Shown here: positions 1 to 11,574 of the stretch, in pieces
Layout of the letters: each line of letters begins with the position of its first letter
Numbering within the stretch: the stretch's first letter is position 1
Origin: Azolla caroliniana
Lineage: Eukaryota > Plantae > Polypodiophyta
Length of the DNA: 64,000 nt
Direction: 5' to 3'
Assembly (NCBI GenBank): GCA_043228905.1
Contig: JBHGNT010000011.1
Coordinates: forward strand, 10,602,001 to 10,666,000
Made by a program: the position numbers and the translations under genes
The notes under the pieces: generated by a model
Seen by the model: the letters and a program-made list of their open reading frames with translations, nothing else
What the model was told of the DNA's origin: nothing
The model's database searches: none

Positions 1-144
1 TCTTGAAAAATCGAGTATAAGTCACCTCACCTTTCCCTCCCTTTGTGAATCTTACACATTACCATTTCATGTGGACTTTCCCCATGTGAGGTATCACATC
101 ATTAGAGAAACGTTAGATGTTGAATAGGGAAAGGATATTAAGCA

Positions 145-991
145 AGGGTGTGATGTCTAGTACATTAGACTATGATAGAAATCCTAGGAAGGGTGAACAC
201 ATAGGCTGTCATCAAAGTTGTGGGTGTGGCAACATGGTTTGTCAAGTTTGTGACAATGTATGTTTACATCCATGGCTTCTCAAACGTTTGTGGACGCAAA
301 TCCATTAGTCTTATGTAAAGTGTACCTCTTGTATGAACACATAGGCTGTTGTCAAACTTGTGGGTGTGGCAACATGGTTTTGTCTAGTCTCTCACAATGT
401 ATGTTTACACCCATGACTTTTCAAATGTTTGTGAACGCAAATTCATTAGTCTTATGTCACGTGTAGCTCTTGTATGAAAACATAGGCCGTCGTCAAACTT
501 ATGGGTGTGGCAACATGGTTTGTCAGGAACTGTGAACGCGCGGCGCTTTTGTGAGATTAGGATTTAGGGTGTGATGTCTAGTACATTAGACTATGATAGA
601 AATCCTAGGAAGGGTGAACACATAGGCTGTCATCAAAGTTGTGGGTGTGGCAACATGGTTTGTCAAGTTTGTGACAATGTATGTTTACATCCATGGCTTC
701 TCAAACGTTTGTGGACGCAAATCCATTAGTCTTATGTAAAGTGTACCTCTTGTATGAACACATAGGCTGTTGTCAAACTTGTGGGTGTGGCAACATGGTT
801 TTGTCTAGTCTCTCACAATGTATGTTTACACCCATGACTTTTCAAATGTTTGTGAACGCAAATTCATTAGTCTTATGTCACGTGTAGCTCTTGTATGAAA
901 ACATAGGCCGTCGTCAAACTTATGGGTGTGGCAACATGGTTTGTCAGGAACTGTGAACGCGCGGCGCTTTTGTGAGATTAGGATTTAGGGT
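145..991. repeat. 421-bp tandem duplication built from ~140-bp subrepeats
   Basis: 145-565 is repeated at 566-986, giving identical ORFs at 260 and 681 (offset 421). AGGGT occurs at all three junctions (145, 566, 987). The subunit gaacacataggctgt..caaa..tgtgggtgtggcaacatggttt recurs at ~195, 335 and 476, and again +421. Confidence 0.95.
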
Positions 992-1881
992 TTGGCTGGT
1001 TGTGAGGATGGGAGACATAACGTAGGTTGGGAAGGGCAAATTTGTGTTTAAGGATTGGTAATGCTATTGTTGAAGAAGAACGAACAAACTGATTTGGATG
1101 GATCGAGAAGGAAGAGAACCAGAGAACAAGGGACAGAGAGACAGAGTCACTGAGTTTTTTCCTGTCTTTATTAGCAGTAGCGGGAGGAGGAGATGTATGT
1201 ATGTCCCCCTCCCGGAAAGGGCGCCAATGCTATATACTAATAAATAGAAACCGCGATTTATATTTGCGCTTTATCTCTGTCTCTCTCTCTCTCTCTTCGC
1301 ACTAACGGCTATATTTAATTCACGCGCGTTAATAAAATTTGGGACATTATTGATATTGATGTACAGCCAAAATACTAATAGTACTCCTACATCAAAAGAC
1401 AGCAAAATACGTATAAACAAACAATACATACTAAGTCGTATGTACATATCTATATACGTATTTGTGTGGGGCATAGTAGATACATATGTACGTACGTGAC
1501 TAGCAGCTGCGCTCTATATGTATGTATGTATGTACATATTGTGTGTGTGTGTGTGTGTGTATGATGTATATATATACGTGGTGGTGGATGGTGTGATGGG
1601 GAGGGGAGGTCTACGAATCATCTATCATTATTACTAGTGCTCCTGCTGCTGTTCCTGGATCTTCTTCTTCAATTAGCAATTTATGTCTTTCTCTCTCACT
1701 CTCACTCTCTCTCTCTGCCAAAATCAGCAGAACATACATAATTGGAAATGATGATGGTGATAAAAAAATGTACTCTGATTCATGCGTAGCCAGCCAATCA
1801 TTCATTCATCACAGCGCAATCATCATCGCATCGTCGTCGTCAGTTAACAATAGAAATCCATCAATCCAACAATAGAAAGCA

Positions 1882-3471
1882 ATGGTAGTGGTGGTGGTGA
1901 TGATGACTACTACTGCCAAGAAGCAGCTCCTCCTTCTGCTCCTCAGCTTCACATTACTACTGATGTCCTCCTCCTCATCGCTGCTACCGCCACCACTACT
2001 CCTCCTCCTAAATGGCGGCACTACTACTACTATTAACTACGGCATAGCCGCCGCCGCCGCTCAGCCATCACCATCACCATCACCATCATCCCGTCCATAC
2101 CGTAACCTCCTCCTCCTCCGCCTCGTAGCACCAGATGACCCTACTAATAATCCTCCTCCTCCACCCCTTCTCTCAGCTCAGCTCAGGCCCCGCACAGACA
2201 TATCGGCGGCGGACGCGCCGCTGTCCGCCCGGCTCTCCGCTCTCGCGCGCCTGGACTCCGCCCGGCTCTCCGCCCTAAACCGGCAGATCGACAACGCCAT
2301 CATCGCGCGGCGCAGCGGCTCCGGCTTCGCGTCGTCGGGCGGTGCCACATTCCACGTCAGCGCAGGGCCGGGTGTGTACACCATGGATCTCACAGTAGGC
2401 ACGCCGCCCCGGACGTTCCCCATGATCATGGACACAGGGAGCCAGCTGGTGTGGATGCAGTGCCAGCCCTGCAAGCTGTGCGTGAAGCAGAGCGTGCCCA
2501 TCTTCGCCCCCAACACTTCCTCGTCGTACACTCCGCTCCTGTGCTCCACGGCGGAATGCCAGAATCTGCCGGGGCAATGCGATCCCCAGGGCACCAAGTC
2601 GTGCCGATACACGTACAGCTACGCAAGCCAAGCCAACACGCAAGGCCAGCTCGGCACCGACACCTTGACATTCGCCACTGCCGCTGCCGCTGCCGCTACG
2701 GCGAGCTCGGATTCTTCGGCACCCGGCTTCACGTTCGGCTGCGGATTCTCAAACCAAGGGGAGTACGGCGGAGCGGCCGGGCTTGTTGGGATGGGCCAAG
2801 GCCCCCTCTCCCTGCCTTCCCAGCTCGGCCCAAGAATCGGCGGCAAGAGATTCTCCTACTGCTTGATGAAGCAGCAACACACGGGCCCTGATCCGGCAAC
2901 CCCATCATCCACCATGCTCCTCGGAGCTGCGGCCGACCCGGTGCCCCAGGGCATGGCCTTCACTCCCATGGTCCAGAACCCATCGGTCGTCGCCTCCCTC
3001 TACTACATCAACGTCGATGGCTTCAGCGTGGACGGCCGGCGCCTCGACATCCCGGCCGACACATTCAGTATAAACCCACAAGGTGCCGGTGGGATGATAC
3101 TCGACTCGGGAACCACCTACACTTACCTGCCGAGCGTGGCATTCACGGAGATAAAGAAAGCGTTCGATGCCGCCATAAATTTGGTCGAGTATAAGGACCA
3201 CCCCTTCTTACCGGCATGCTACTCGGGCCCGCGCCCCGATGTCATTCCTCTGGTCACCTTACATCTACAGGGAGCCGTTGACCTTGCACTCCCCGAAGAT
3301 AATTATTTCATCCGCGTTGATGGTAACGAGACGACGTTTTGCCTCGCAATGATCCCGACAACAGGGGGCCTTCAGGTTGTGGGGAACATGTTGCATCAGA
3401 ATTTTAGAGTTCTCTATGACCTTGATAACTCTAGGATTGGTTTCCTCCCTCACACTTGCTCCTCATCATAA
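1882..3471 (+). CDS. Secreted A1 aspartic protease, nepenthesin/CDR1-like (TAXi_N + TAXi_C), intronless
   Basis: 529-aa ORF with a hydrophobic signal-like N-terminus and both catalytic motifs (IMDTGSQLVW, ILDSGTTYT). It also has the Cys-rich nepenthesin-type insert WMQCQPCKLC..C..C, FGCG, GLVGMGQGPLSLPSQL, FSYCL and the terminal GNMLHQNFRVLYDLDNSRIGF..C. The true start may be the ATG at 1900 or 1903. Confidence 0.95.
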   Translation: MVVVVVMMTTTAKKQLLLLLLSFTLLLMSSSSSLLPPPLLLLLNGGTTTTINYGIAAAAAQPSPSPSPSSRPYRNLLLLRLVAPDDPTNNPPPPPLLSAQLRPRTDISAADAPLSARLSALARLDSARLSALNRQIDNAIIARRSGSGFASSGGATFHVSAGPGVYTMDLTVGTPPRTFPMIMDTGSQLVWMQCQPCKLCVKQSVPIFAPNTSSSYTPLLCSTAECQNLPGQCDPQGTKSCRYTYSYASQANTQGQLGTDTLTFATAAAAAATASSDSSAPGFTFGCGFSNQGEYGGAAGLVGMGQGPLSLPSQLGPRIGGKRFSYCLMKQQHTGPDPATPSSTMLLGAAADPVPQGMAFTPMVQNPSVVASLYYINVDGFSVDGRRLDIPADTFSINPQGAGGMILDSGTTYTYLPSVAFTEIKKAFDAAINLVEYKDHPFLPACYSGPRPDVIPLVTLHLQGAVDLALPEDNYFIRVDGNETTFCLAMIPTTGGLQVVGNMLHQNFRVLYDLDNSRIGFLPHTCSSS

Positions 3472-3842
3472 GTACTAGCAACACTTATCACATACATTCT
3501 ATTTGCTATATTTATTTAGCTCACAGCTTGGACTACAAATAAAATAAATAACACCACTCTTCTGTGTTCAATTCAATGAATGAATAATAAGGAATAAACT
3601 TCTCTAAAAACTAATGAAGCCTCTTTTCCATTGTTGTACCAATTCATTGTAGAGATATATATTGGATTCAAGGCACTTATTAGATCTATGTGTCAATTGT
3701 GAGTGAAGTTATTATGGAACCATTAATAAGTGAATGTGCACCAATATCAGCCTCAATGCTCTATGTAGAACTACCTTGTGAACATCATGTGACCTCAAGC
3801 TGCATAGGTTAGGTGTTGTGTTCGTTAACAATTGAGGAGGAG

Positions 3843-3971
3843 ACCATGAACACAACACAACAATGGTTTATTAAAGGGCATTCATTGCCTTACCATGTTG
3901 TCATTATTTTGGACACCATGAACACAACACAACAATGGTTTATTGAAGGGCATTCATTGCCTTACCATGTT
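3843..3971. repeat. 57-bp direct repeat (period 72)
   Basis: accatgaacacaacacaacaatggtttatt(a/g)aagggcattcattgccttaccatgtt at 3843-3899 and 3915-3971. Confidence 0.9.
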
Positions 3972-6900
3972 ATGGAAGAATATTATACCTAGGAATGAAA
4001 AAAACTATAATTAAATTTGGTAGTTGGAAATAACACTAACAAAGGAAAATGAAAGTGTTGAGCATTAATCTAGTGTTAATATATGGTTAAAAAGAAAAAC
4101 CTATTGTTGCCCATACTTTACAAGATATAACAACTTGCAAAATCTCGTAGGGTTTGTACTATGTAAATGTTTGGATGGTAGGTATAGTAGTTCTAGGAAA
4201 GGTGTGTTCCAACAAATGAAGTAGTGTAAATACTTCGAGCTTGATGACCACATATTTGTGATCTTACCATCAACAATGAGCATTTTGATGGCCCATCATG
4301 TAAAAAGTCTACAAATATTACAAAAGAATCAAACTTGTGAAATTATAGTTGCACAAGTAAAATATAAGTACCGCTATGTTAAACACATGATGGTGAGGAA
4401 CATTTCTAAACATTGAATAATGTGCATGAGGTTGAAGGTAATTCTAGACAAATCTAGACTTTGCAAAGTACACCTTCAACAAATGGTGAGATCTCTTGAG
4501 AAAAAGTGGGATGTTCAAGGAGGATCTCGATACATGGATGCTTTCTATCTTTAAACATTGTCATGGTAATTTGCACATGGGCATTGGGAATCTTGGACCA
4601 AGAAAGACGACTCATTAAGTTTTGATGAAGATGGTGATGGATGATGATGAAGACGATAAGATTGAAATGGAAATGGAGGTGGAGATTATGATGGAGATTA
4701 CTTTCTCATACTAATAAGAACGGTAGTTCCCAATTCTATTATGACCTTCATGCTTGTTTGCTTCATAATTCTCGTTTTTAATAAGTGGGGCTTTGGCACT
4801 AATAGACAACGTGGGAGTTTGCGCTTTCTGAAAAGGTGGAGATGGAAATATTTTGGAAAGAATAAATTCATGTAAAAAGCCCCAAGTGTACACTTTTTCC
4901 CTGAGATCAAAGTGCACACTTAACCGAATGTTTAGTGTACATTGGTTGTAGTATGAAAGGGATAGTGTTTATCAAGTTTTCGTGCGTGTTCATATAGATA
5001 CTTTCTCAAGGTCATAGCCAAGAACAAGATTGACTAAAAGAAGAGAATTAGAAAACAAAAGGGAAATCAGAGAGAACATTAAGTGCATTAACAAGAAGAT
5101 TCAAGAATACGCCAAACATTGGCGATGTTGAGGTAGAACAATATCCATATACATAAATAACGAGACCACTTATTTACATAACATGGTTGAACACATGCGC
5201 ATACATATTTCATTATGGTTCATATTTTAATGAACCGGCTATTTATATAGATTAGAAGAAAAACATACAGACCTTTTTCTTTTCTCCCTGTTGAATCACT
5301 CATTCACTGCTTTCCTTCTCCGCGTTGCTCGCTTCTTTGCTGCTGCTCGTGAATCCTTGGCTCGTTGCCCATTGCTCCTCCCCTGCTCGCTCGCTATTCG
5401 TTGCTCCTTGTCGCTTCTGACTGATTGGCACGACATCTGCTGTTCGCCGCTCCACCACTCTGAAGTACGTAATCTTGTCTGTTTATGATTTCTCTCTATT
5501 TTCTATCTGTTTTTCTCCTTGCTTGAATCGAATCCGTTCTCTGTTCTTTTTTTTTCTCTGTTTTTCTATCTGTTGTACGTATGGCAAAAAAATGAGAATG
5601 TGGTTTTTTTAAGATCAAAAGAAACACATTGAGATTCAATACATAGTATTGCTTAATTTACACACGAATATACTTTCAAGGCACGGGGTATTCTCCAACA
5701 AAGGGCCATCATTAAAGTTGAGATTGAACCTTACAAATGTACAAAATAAGACTCTTGGCATGTCGGTAATCACATCATGCAGAAAATGGGCATTGGCACA
5801 ATGCATAAAAGATTGTTAAGAAGGTGATTGCGTAGTAGGAAGCATTTATGGGAGCATTGACAGAGTCAATCTACAAGTATGCTAGGTCAAATATCTAACT
5901 ATCGACTAGGATTACATAAGATATTTCAGAAGCTAAGACCCCACCTTTGTAATCAAAGTTGGGGTTTTGGATTATATGTATAGTCACAAGTTGATGAAAC
6001 AAGAAGCTGTGTTAGTAGGTGGACAAATGTATTGTTCTTTGACAATTAATATTATGTCAAATTGAGGGCATGAGCCCTTAATCTTTGTTTTAATTTGCAC
6101 ATTTTTGCATTGAAATATCCAAAAGTCTCTGCTAATGCATTGCTCAATGAGAGTATGGTTATTGCCTTGAGTTTAATATAACTCATTCTTGGAGTATATT
6201 TCTATGTGTTAATCTTTGCATGAGGCCTAAAACCCAAGTTTTTCTCTTCTCAAACCCATTAAAAGCATTTAGAAAGTTATGTCCATGAAACCTAGTATAC
6301 AATGAAAAAATAATTGGCAAGGGTATTGTCCACAAAGATAAAAGTCAAATTTGTCCGTAGATTGTGCTTAGTTATTGATTGAGTGGATTTTTGAGTGGAT
6401 TTCCTACTAGGCACGATTATACATCCTTTAAGAAAGTAGCACGTGAAATAGTGAACCGATTCAAAAAGTGGATAGTTCATTTACTAGTTACACAAGCTAG
6501 CACCCCTAAATATTAATAATTATGAAATTAACAAAAAGAAGGGATATAGTATTAGAAAGAAAGACATAGATATACTCTAGTACCTGCACACAAGAAGTTG
6601 GATGTTGTTTCTCCCTCTTACACTCGATGTCGAGTAATACTGTTGAAATCTTTTGGGGCTCATTCACATGAGCCATATTTTCATCCACCACCAAATCTCC
6701 ATCATCTTTTTTAGTATGAATTGTTTCCTTTAATGGATGGATCCCATTCTTAAGCCCACCATTGACTAACATTAGAGCCTTCATCACAATTGGCTCCACA
6801 TTAGTTATGTCCTCATTTTCTTGTGGTTTCTCATGTGTACACATTGATTTTTGAGTATCAACGCTTCTATCTTTTTCTATCTTTTTCTGACAGATGATCA

Positions 6901-8329
6901 CCAAAGTTTATGTTAAGTGCATCTAAATAAAGTTCATTAACCTCCTTGACATTTTCCCAACCATGAAAAGTTTGTAGTGTGCTAATTTGGCCCAAAGGCG
7001 ATTTACAAGATAAATGTTCCTTCGGGACCTTGTCTTGTTATTCATCACGTAAATATTCTTGTTCTAACCTTGACAAACCAAGTGAACACCCCATGTAATC
7101 TAATAACTTAATCCCTCTTGATGAGACATTATTGGGCTTGGCCAATGGGAACAATTGGTCAAAGGTATTCATGGATGTGGGATCATTGCAAAGTATGTGC
7201 ATTGGAGAAGAGGGTTGAATCTTCACGCTTCTTTTTAGTGGGTGAACATGAAGTTGTGAAGATGTAAGAGAACCAGGTGTGGAAAGAGATTTGCTCTTCC
7301 TCATCATCAAAGGGCTACTATGATATTTCATCGACTTTAACGTTGTTGAGGTGTGAACGTCATATTGATATACTCTTGAAAGAGGAATTTTCATGTGGGT
7401 TACGTTATTTCCATGGGTTGGGCTAGTTGTAACATTATTACATGATGGTGTTTCTATGATTGTTGGAGAAACACCAACACAACGTGATGTCGAATTGCTT
7501 GAATCTTGAGAGCCCATTATCACATGCTCTCGTCAATCTTTATATAGGATATTGGGTGCTTGTGGATGATGCACTATATATGTTTGATAGCATTGTGTTG
7601 ATTTCCATCCCTTTTGAGGAATAACTAGGAAATCGAGATGCTTTAAAGTTCTTTTTTACAGACAAAGGTTTATCCGTAAACCTAGAATGTTGATTATGCA
7701 AGACCTCCTTGGTACCATGGTACATGTATACGGAAGTATACCAGAGGAGCAACTACAGTTGCATTCAATTGTATATATAATACTGCATCCAAAGTTACTC
7801 CATAAATGTATTTGAGTATGGAGAACCATCCACAACATTGGAACACAACATCTTTGAATTCCAAAGTGAAATGATGCCCTTTAAAATTAGACAAATCTGA
7901 CATACTATTTACTTACTACAACATAACTAGATGAATCAACAAATTTGAGATGAGAATCAGCATATATTTCAAACACATGTAGTGGAGGATAGGTTGAAAA
8001 ATGGGAGGGAATTATGTGCAACAAATTATCTTAGCACAAAAAAAGCACAAAAAGATGATGAGAATACACAAGAATAAATCATAAGGAGGCATGTATATCG
8101 CATTATCTTGCATTATTATCTTGCATTTGTATTGTCATCTTGTTTTAATATGTACATTACTTTTTTTCTCTTGATCTTTTCCTTCAATATTGTTTGCACC
8201 CTCAATTTCTTTTACATTTACATACATGGATTTGCATGTGCATATAAACTAATGTGAACCTTCCTCTTTCTTCTTTATTTTTTGAACTAATGTGCGTATA
8301 AACTAATTTCCGGTAGGGGCTAGAGACTT

Positions 8330-11000
8330 TGTCCAACACGAGTCATTACACTATCCCATTCTCTTTATGACCAGTTCCACACTTTGTGTAAATCCCCTTA
8401 CTTTTATGTAAATGGTGAAAAGAGTAGTGTGAATCTCTTGCAGTCAAAGTAGCCGATTCTCAATATTGGGATATTTTTGATATTTTTGGACATTCAAACA
8501 TCGTCCAATGGGATGATATCCTGTGTGTTGGCAAATGGGAGTATATCTAGTGGAAGGATAGATCAAATTATTGTAAGCAAACTCCACAAAGTGTAAGAAG
8601 TCAACCTAATCAACAAAGACTTGACTCCAATATTTGATTGGTATATTCAGTTAGATCACTCGTCTTTGGATGATAAGCAAAAGAGAATTTACAAGAAATT
8701 TAGAGCGTCCAAGGAAGTGTTTCCAAACTTTAGAGATGAATTGCATGACTCTTGCATGACTCGATCTCTTATGATGTCATTTGGAATACTCTGATGCCTG
8801 AACATCTATGTTAATGACATGTTCTTCTATGTAAGTTACGTAAGGGACAAAACCATCTTTGCATCATCCACATTTATGATGGCGAATATGTCGAAGGAAT
8901 CTAGAAAAATCATTTGCTATATGTTGAAAAACTATTGGCACATTTGTGATATAGAAAGACAACTATACTCAAAATGTCCAAATCAAGTGCAAAACACAAT
9001 CTTTCACTTATCACCCAAAAGAATCCGATGTAGATTATAAGAACCTTGAAGATCAAGCTTTGTGAAGTATTTAGCTCCACTCAAACACGCTAAATCAATT
9101 GGGATTAGAGGCAAGGCATAGTTCAAATTGTGACTTTTTAAAGTCTCAATAAATTACAACCAAGCGAAGCGACCCATATTTCTTCTTACAAAGAAGGTTG
9201 GTGTGCCAACAAAACATCTAGAACGTTGAATCAATCCACTTGCCAAGTTACATTGATATGTTCTTGAAGAATTTTGAGCTTTGATAGTGCGACATTATAA
9301 ATTGGTTATGATAGTAGATCTTTCCCTTGTTGAAGATTGATAGGACAATCATAAGGTCAATGTTCTGGGAGCAAATTAGACTTAGCTTTATCAAATAAAC
9401 CATTGAAATCTTAATACTTAGTTGGAATTAAGGTTTCTAAATTTTGTAGACCGGGGCATGGTGTTGTTGCATTTATGAATATAAACATTTTTTGTTTCAC
9501 TTTGCACAACCCTTGTAGGGAGATTGTTGAGATCCGATGACGCACTAGACTCGAGAGTGGAACAACAAAAGATATTAAATGTGTGGTTTTCTAGGATTCT
9601 ATAATCTAGCTCATTTTTTCTTATCAAACTTTGAATTATGAAGTTTGAACTAAGGTAGATGGAGGACAAATGGATGCTCCAGACTATGCATTAACTGAAT
9701 GAAATCACACAAATTAGATCACTAAGAACTGCATGAACTAACTCAAACACTTCAGTTATGTCTCTAGAAGCAATCGGCTGATCATCTATGACTGACTAAT
9801 GCTGGACAAGGCAAATTTTTCAAGAGGATTTCTTGTGTCAAGTAAAATTTTCAGCCCATGACACATGAATTGGCTTTCGAATCTAAGAGAGTATAGGCAA
9901 GGAATTGATAACATCTAGAATTATTAAGATTAACTTATGTCACAAAAAACCTACCATCTTGATTTGGCAAAATGGAACCATTACTTTGGCCCTACTCTAT
10001 AAATCCTTGGTTGTCCAACAAAATGGCTTCTATTTTGGCTGGACTTACTTGTTTAACATTTCATTGAGATAGTTGAGAACTTCAAACCTATTGAATGGTG
10101 TAGGGCTACTAGGATTGCTAGATGTAATTGGATAATCAATATCATATTTACCACTAGCACTTAGTTGGTTATCTTGATGTGGGCCACTATGATATAAACA
10201 TAGACAGTGTGCTTTAGTCAACTTTTTTCAACTTTAGTCAATTTCCCTCGACAATGTATTGCATCTATCTCCATTGGCAAGGGCCAACCTTCATAATTGT
10301 GTGAGGTGCTTAAGCTAATCTTGAAGATGTCTGCTACCACCAATGTATAAGTTAGCTCCATATTGTTGTTCAAAATGTTGTTTATATAGTTGGTTATCAC
10401 ATCATATTGCTTGACTAATAACTCAATAAATGATTTTGAACCTTCATGGAAAGTGAGAAGTAAATCTTACATACCATTGCCTTGCCCATAATGGAATTGA
10501 TCCATTAATGCCTCTTCATCCCAAGGAATATCACATGTAAGGGGGAAGAAAAATCTATTGCATAGACCGAGGCAAAGACGAACCCTTGTCTCAATCATTG
10601 AAACCTATTGACAACCATTCCTAGATTGTATGTATCCTCAAAACTTGCTTGGAATTTCTTGATGAAACCATCAAAGACTTTAGATAACAAGTGAGACTTT
10701 TTTTCGAATAATGGTGCAGACCATGCAAGTGCTATGCTTGTTAGTAGTGTTTACAATAACCCAACTTGAGCGACATCCGTTGGATATATGTTGAGATGCA
10801 TTTGGATGACAAGGCACACCTGGCTTACACATACTCTAAACTGAGATCAAGTACCATCAATTTTTCCTAGTAGGTTAATCTTTGGTTCTATTGGGGGCTG
10901 TGGAAACTGGACCTTATTCACAGTCAAGGGCTTGTTTCTTATGTTGCGGGTTGCACCAACAGGTTGATGTTCCATGTCAAAAATTTCACCAAATCCACAA
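8330..11000 (-). mobile_element. Old, decayed Ty3/gypsy chromovirus related to elements A/B (gag-PR-RT, RNase H deleted, integrase)
   Basis: Minus-strand remnants read gag EPKINL..IDGT.SQFR..VIQMH..YPTD and CDIPWDEEALMDQF (~10500-10890). RT remnants align to B's [14 protein letters not shown] / AKHFTKIDL region (~9000-9240). Integrase reads DVFRHQSIPNDII and QFISKVWKHF (~8650-8820). The gag-pol frameshift cassette survives at 10013-10057. Boundaries are approximate. Confidence 0.8.
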
Positions 11001-11307
11001 TATATCATTTGATTTTAGTGCTTGGAGTCCCATTTCTTTGATTATTCTTTTGATAACAAGTTGTTCTTGCTCGTTAAAATCTTATTTCGACCTTTTAATT
11101 TTTCTTTTATCCAAATAACTAGTTTGATTGTGAACCAAATTATGAAATTAAGAAAGTATGAAAAGTCAAGTGCATTTAGGGGAAAAATAGCGAAAAATTA
11201 CAATTGATGAAATTTCAAATGCTTTCCTTCTCTTATTTACGTTTATTTATTTTTACAGTGGGTTTATATCATCAGTAAATCTTTACTTTCACAAATAATT
11301 GCTGTAC

Positions 11308-11322
11308 CATACATACATACAT

Positions 11323-11372
<50 letters not shown>

Positions 11373-11553
11373 ACACCCACACCCACACCCACACCCACAC
11401 ACCCACACCCACCCACCCACCCACCCACCCACACACACACAACATACATACATAACAAAATCAGAATCAGAAGAAGAAGAAGAAGAAGAAGAAGAAGAAG
11501 AAGAAGAAGAAGAAGAAGAAGAAGAAGAAGAAGAAGAAGAAGAAGAAGAAGAA
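11308..11553. repeat. Compound microsatellite (ACAT)n(AC)n(CCACAC)n(CCAC)n followed by (GAA)n, directly upstream of the aminotransferase ATG
   Basis: Directly visible. The GAA run spans ~11470-11553. Confidence 0.95.
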
Positions 11554-11574
11554 TCCAACAGAGACAGAGCGAGA

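Noticed and set aside
145-991. CRISPR-like regular repeats and Cys-rich ORFs (260-466, 681-887)
   Set aside because: The sequence between repeats is itself repeated, there are no unique spacers or cas genes, and the context is eukaryotic. The ORFs are by-products of the repeat.
2178-3453. Overlapping antisense and alternate-frame ORFs in the protease gene
   Set aside because: Expected shadow ORFs of a GC-rich CDS, with no recognisable motifs.
5600-8300. Minus-strand ORFs 6506-6904, 7038-7523 and 7694-7903 as a host gene
   Set aside because: No recognisable domain, stop-riddled flanks, CpG-depleted, and adjacent to a decayed gypsy element. Probably old TE sequence, but it cannot be assigned.
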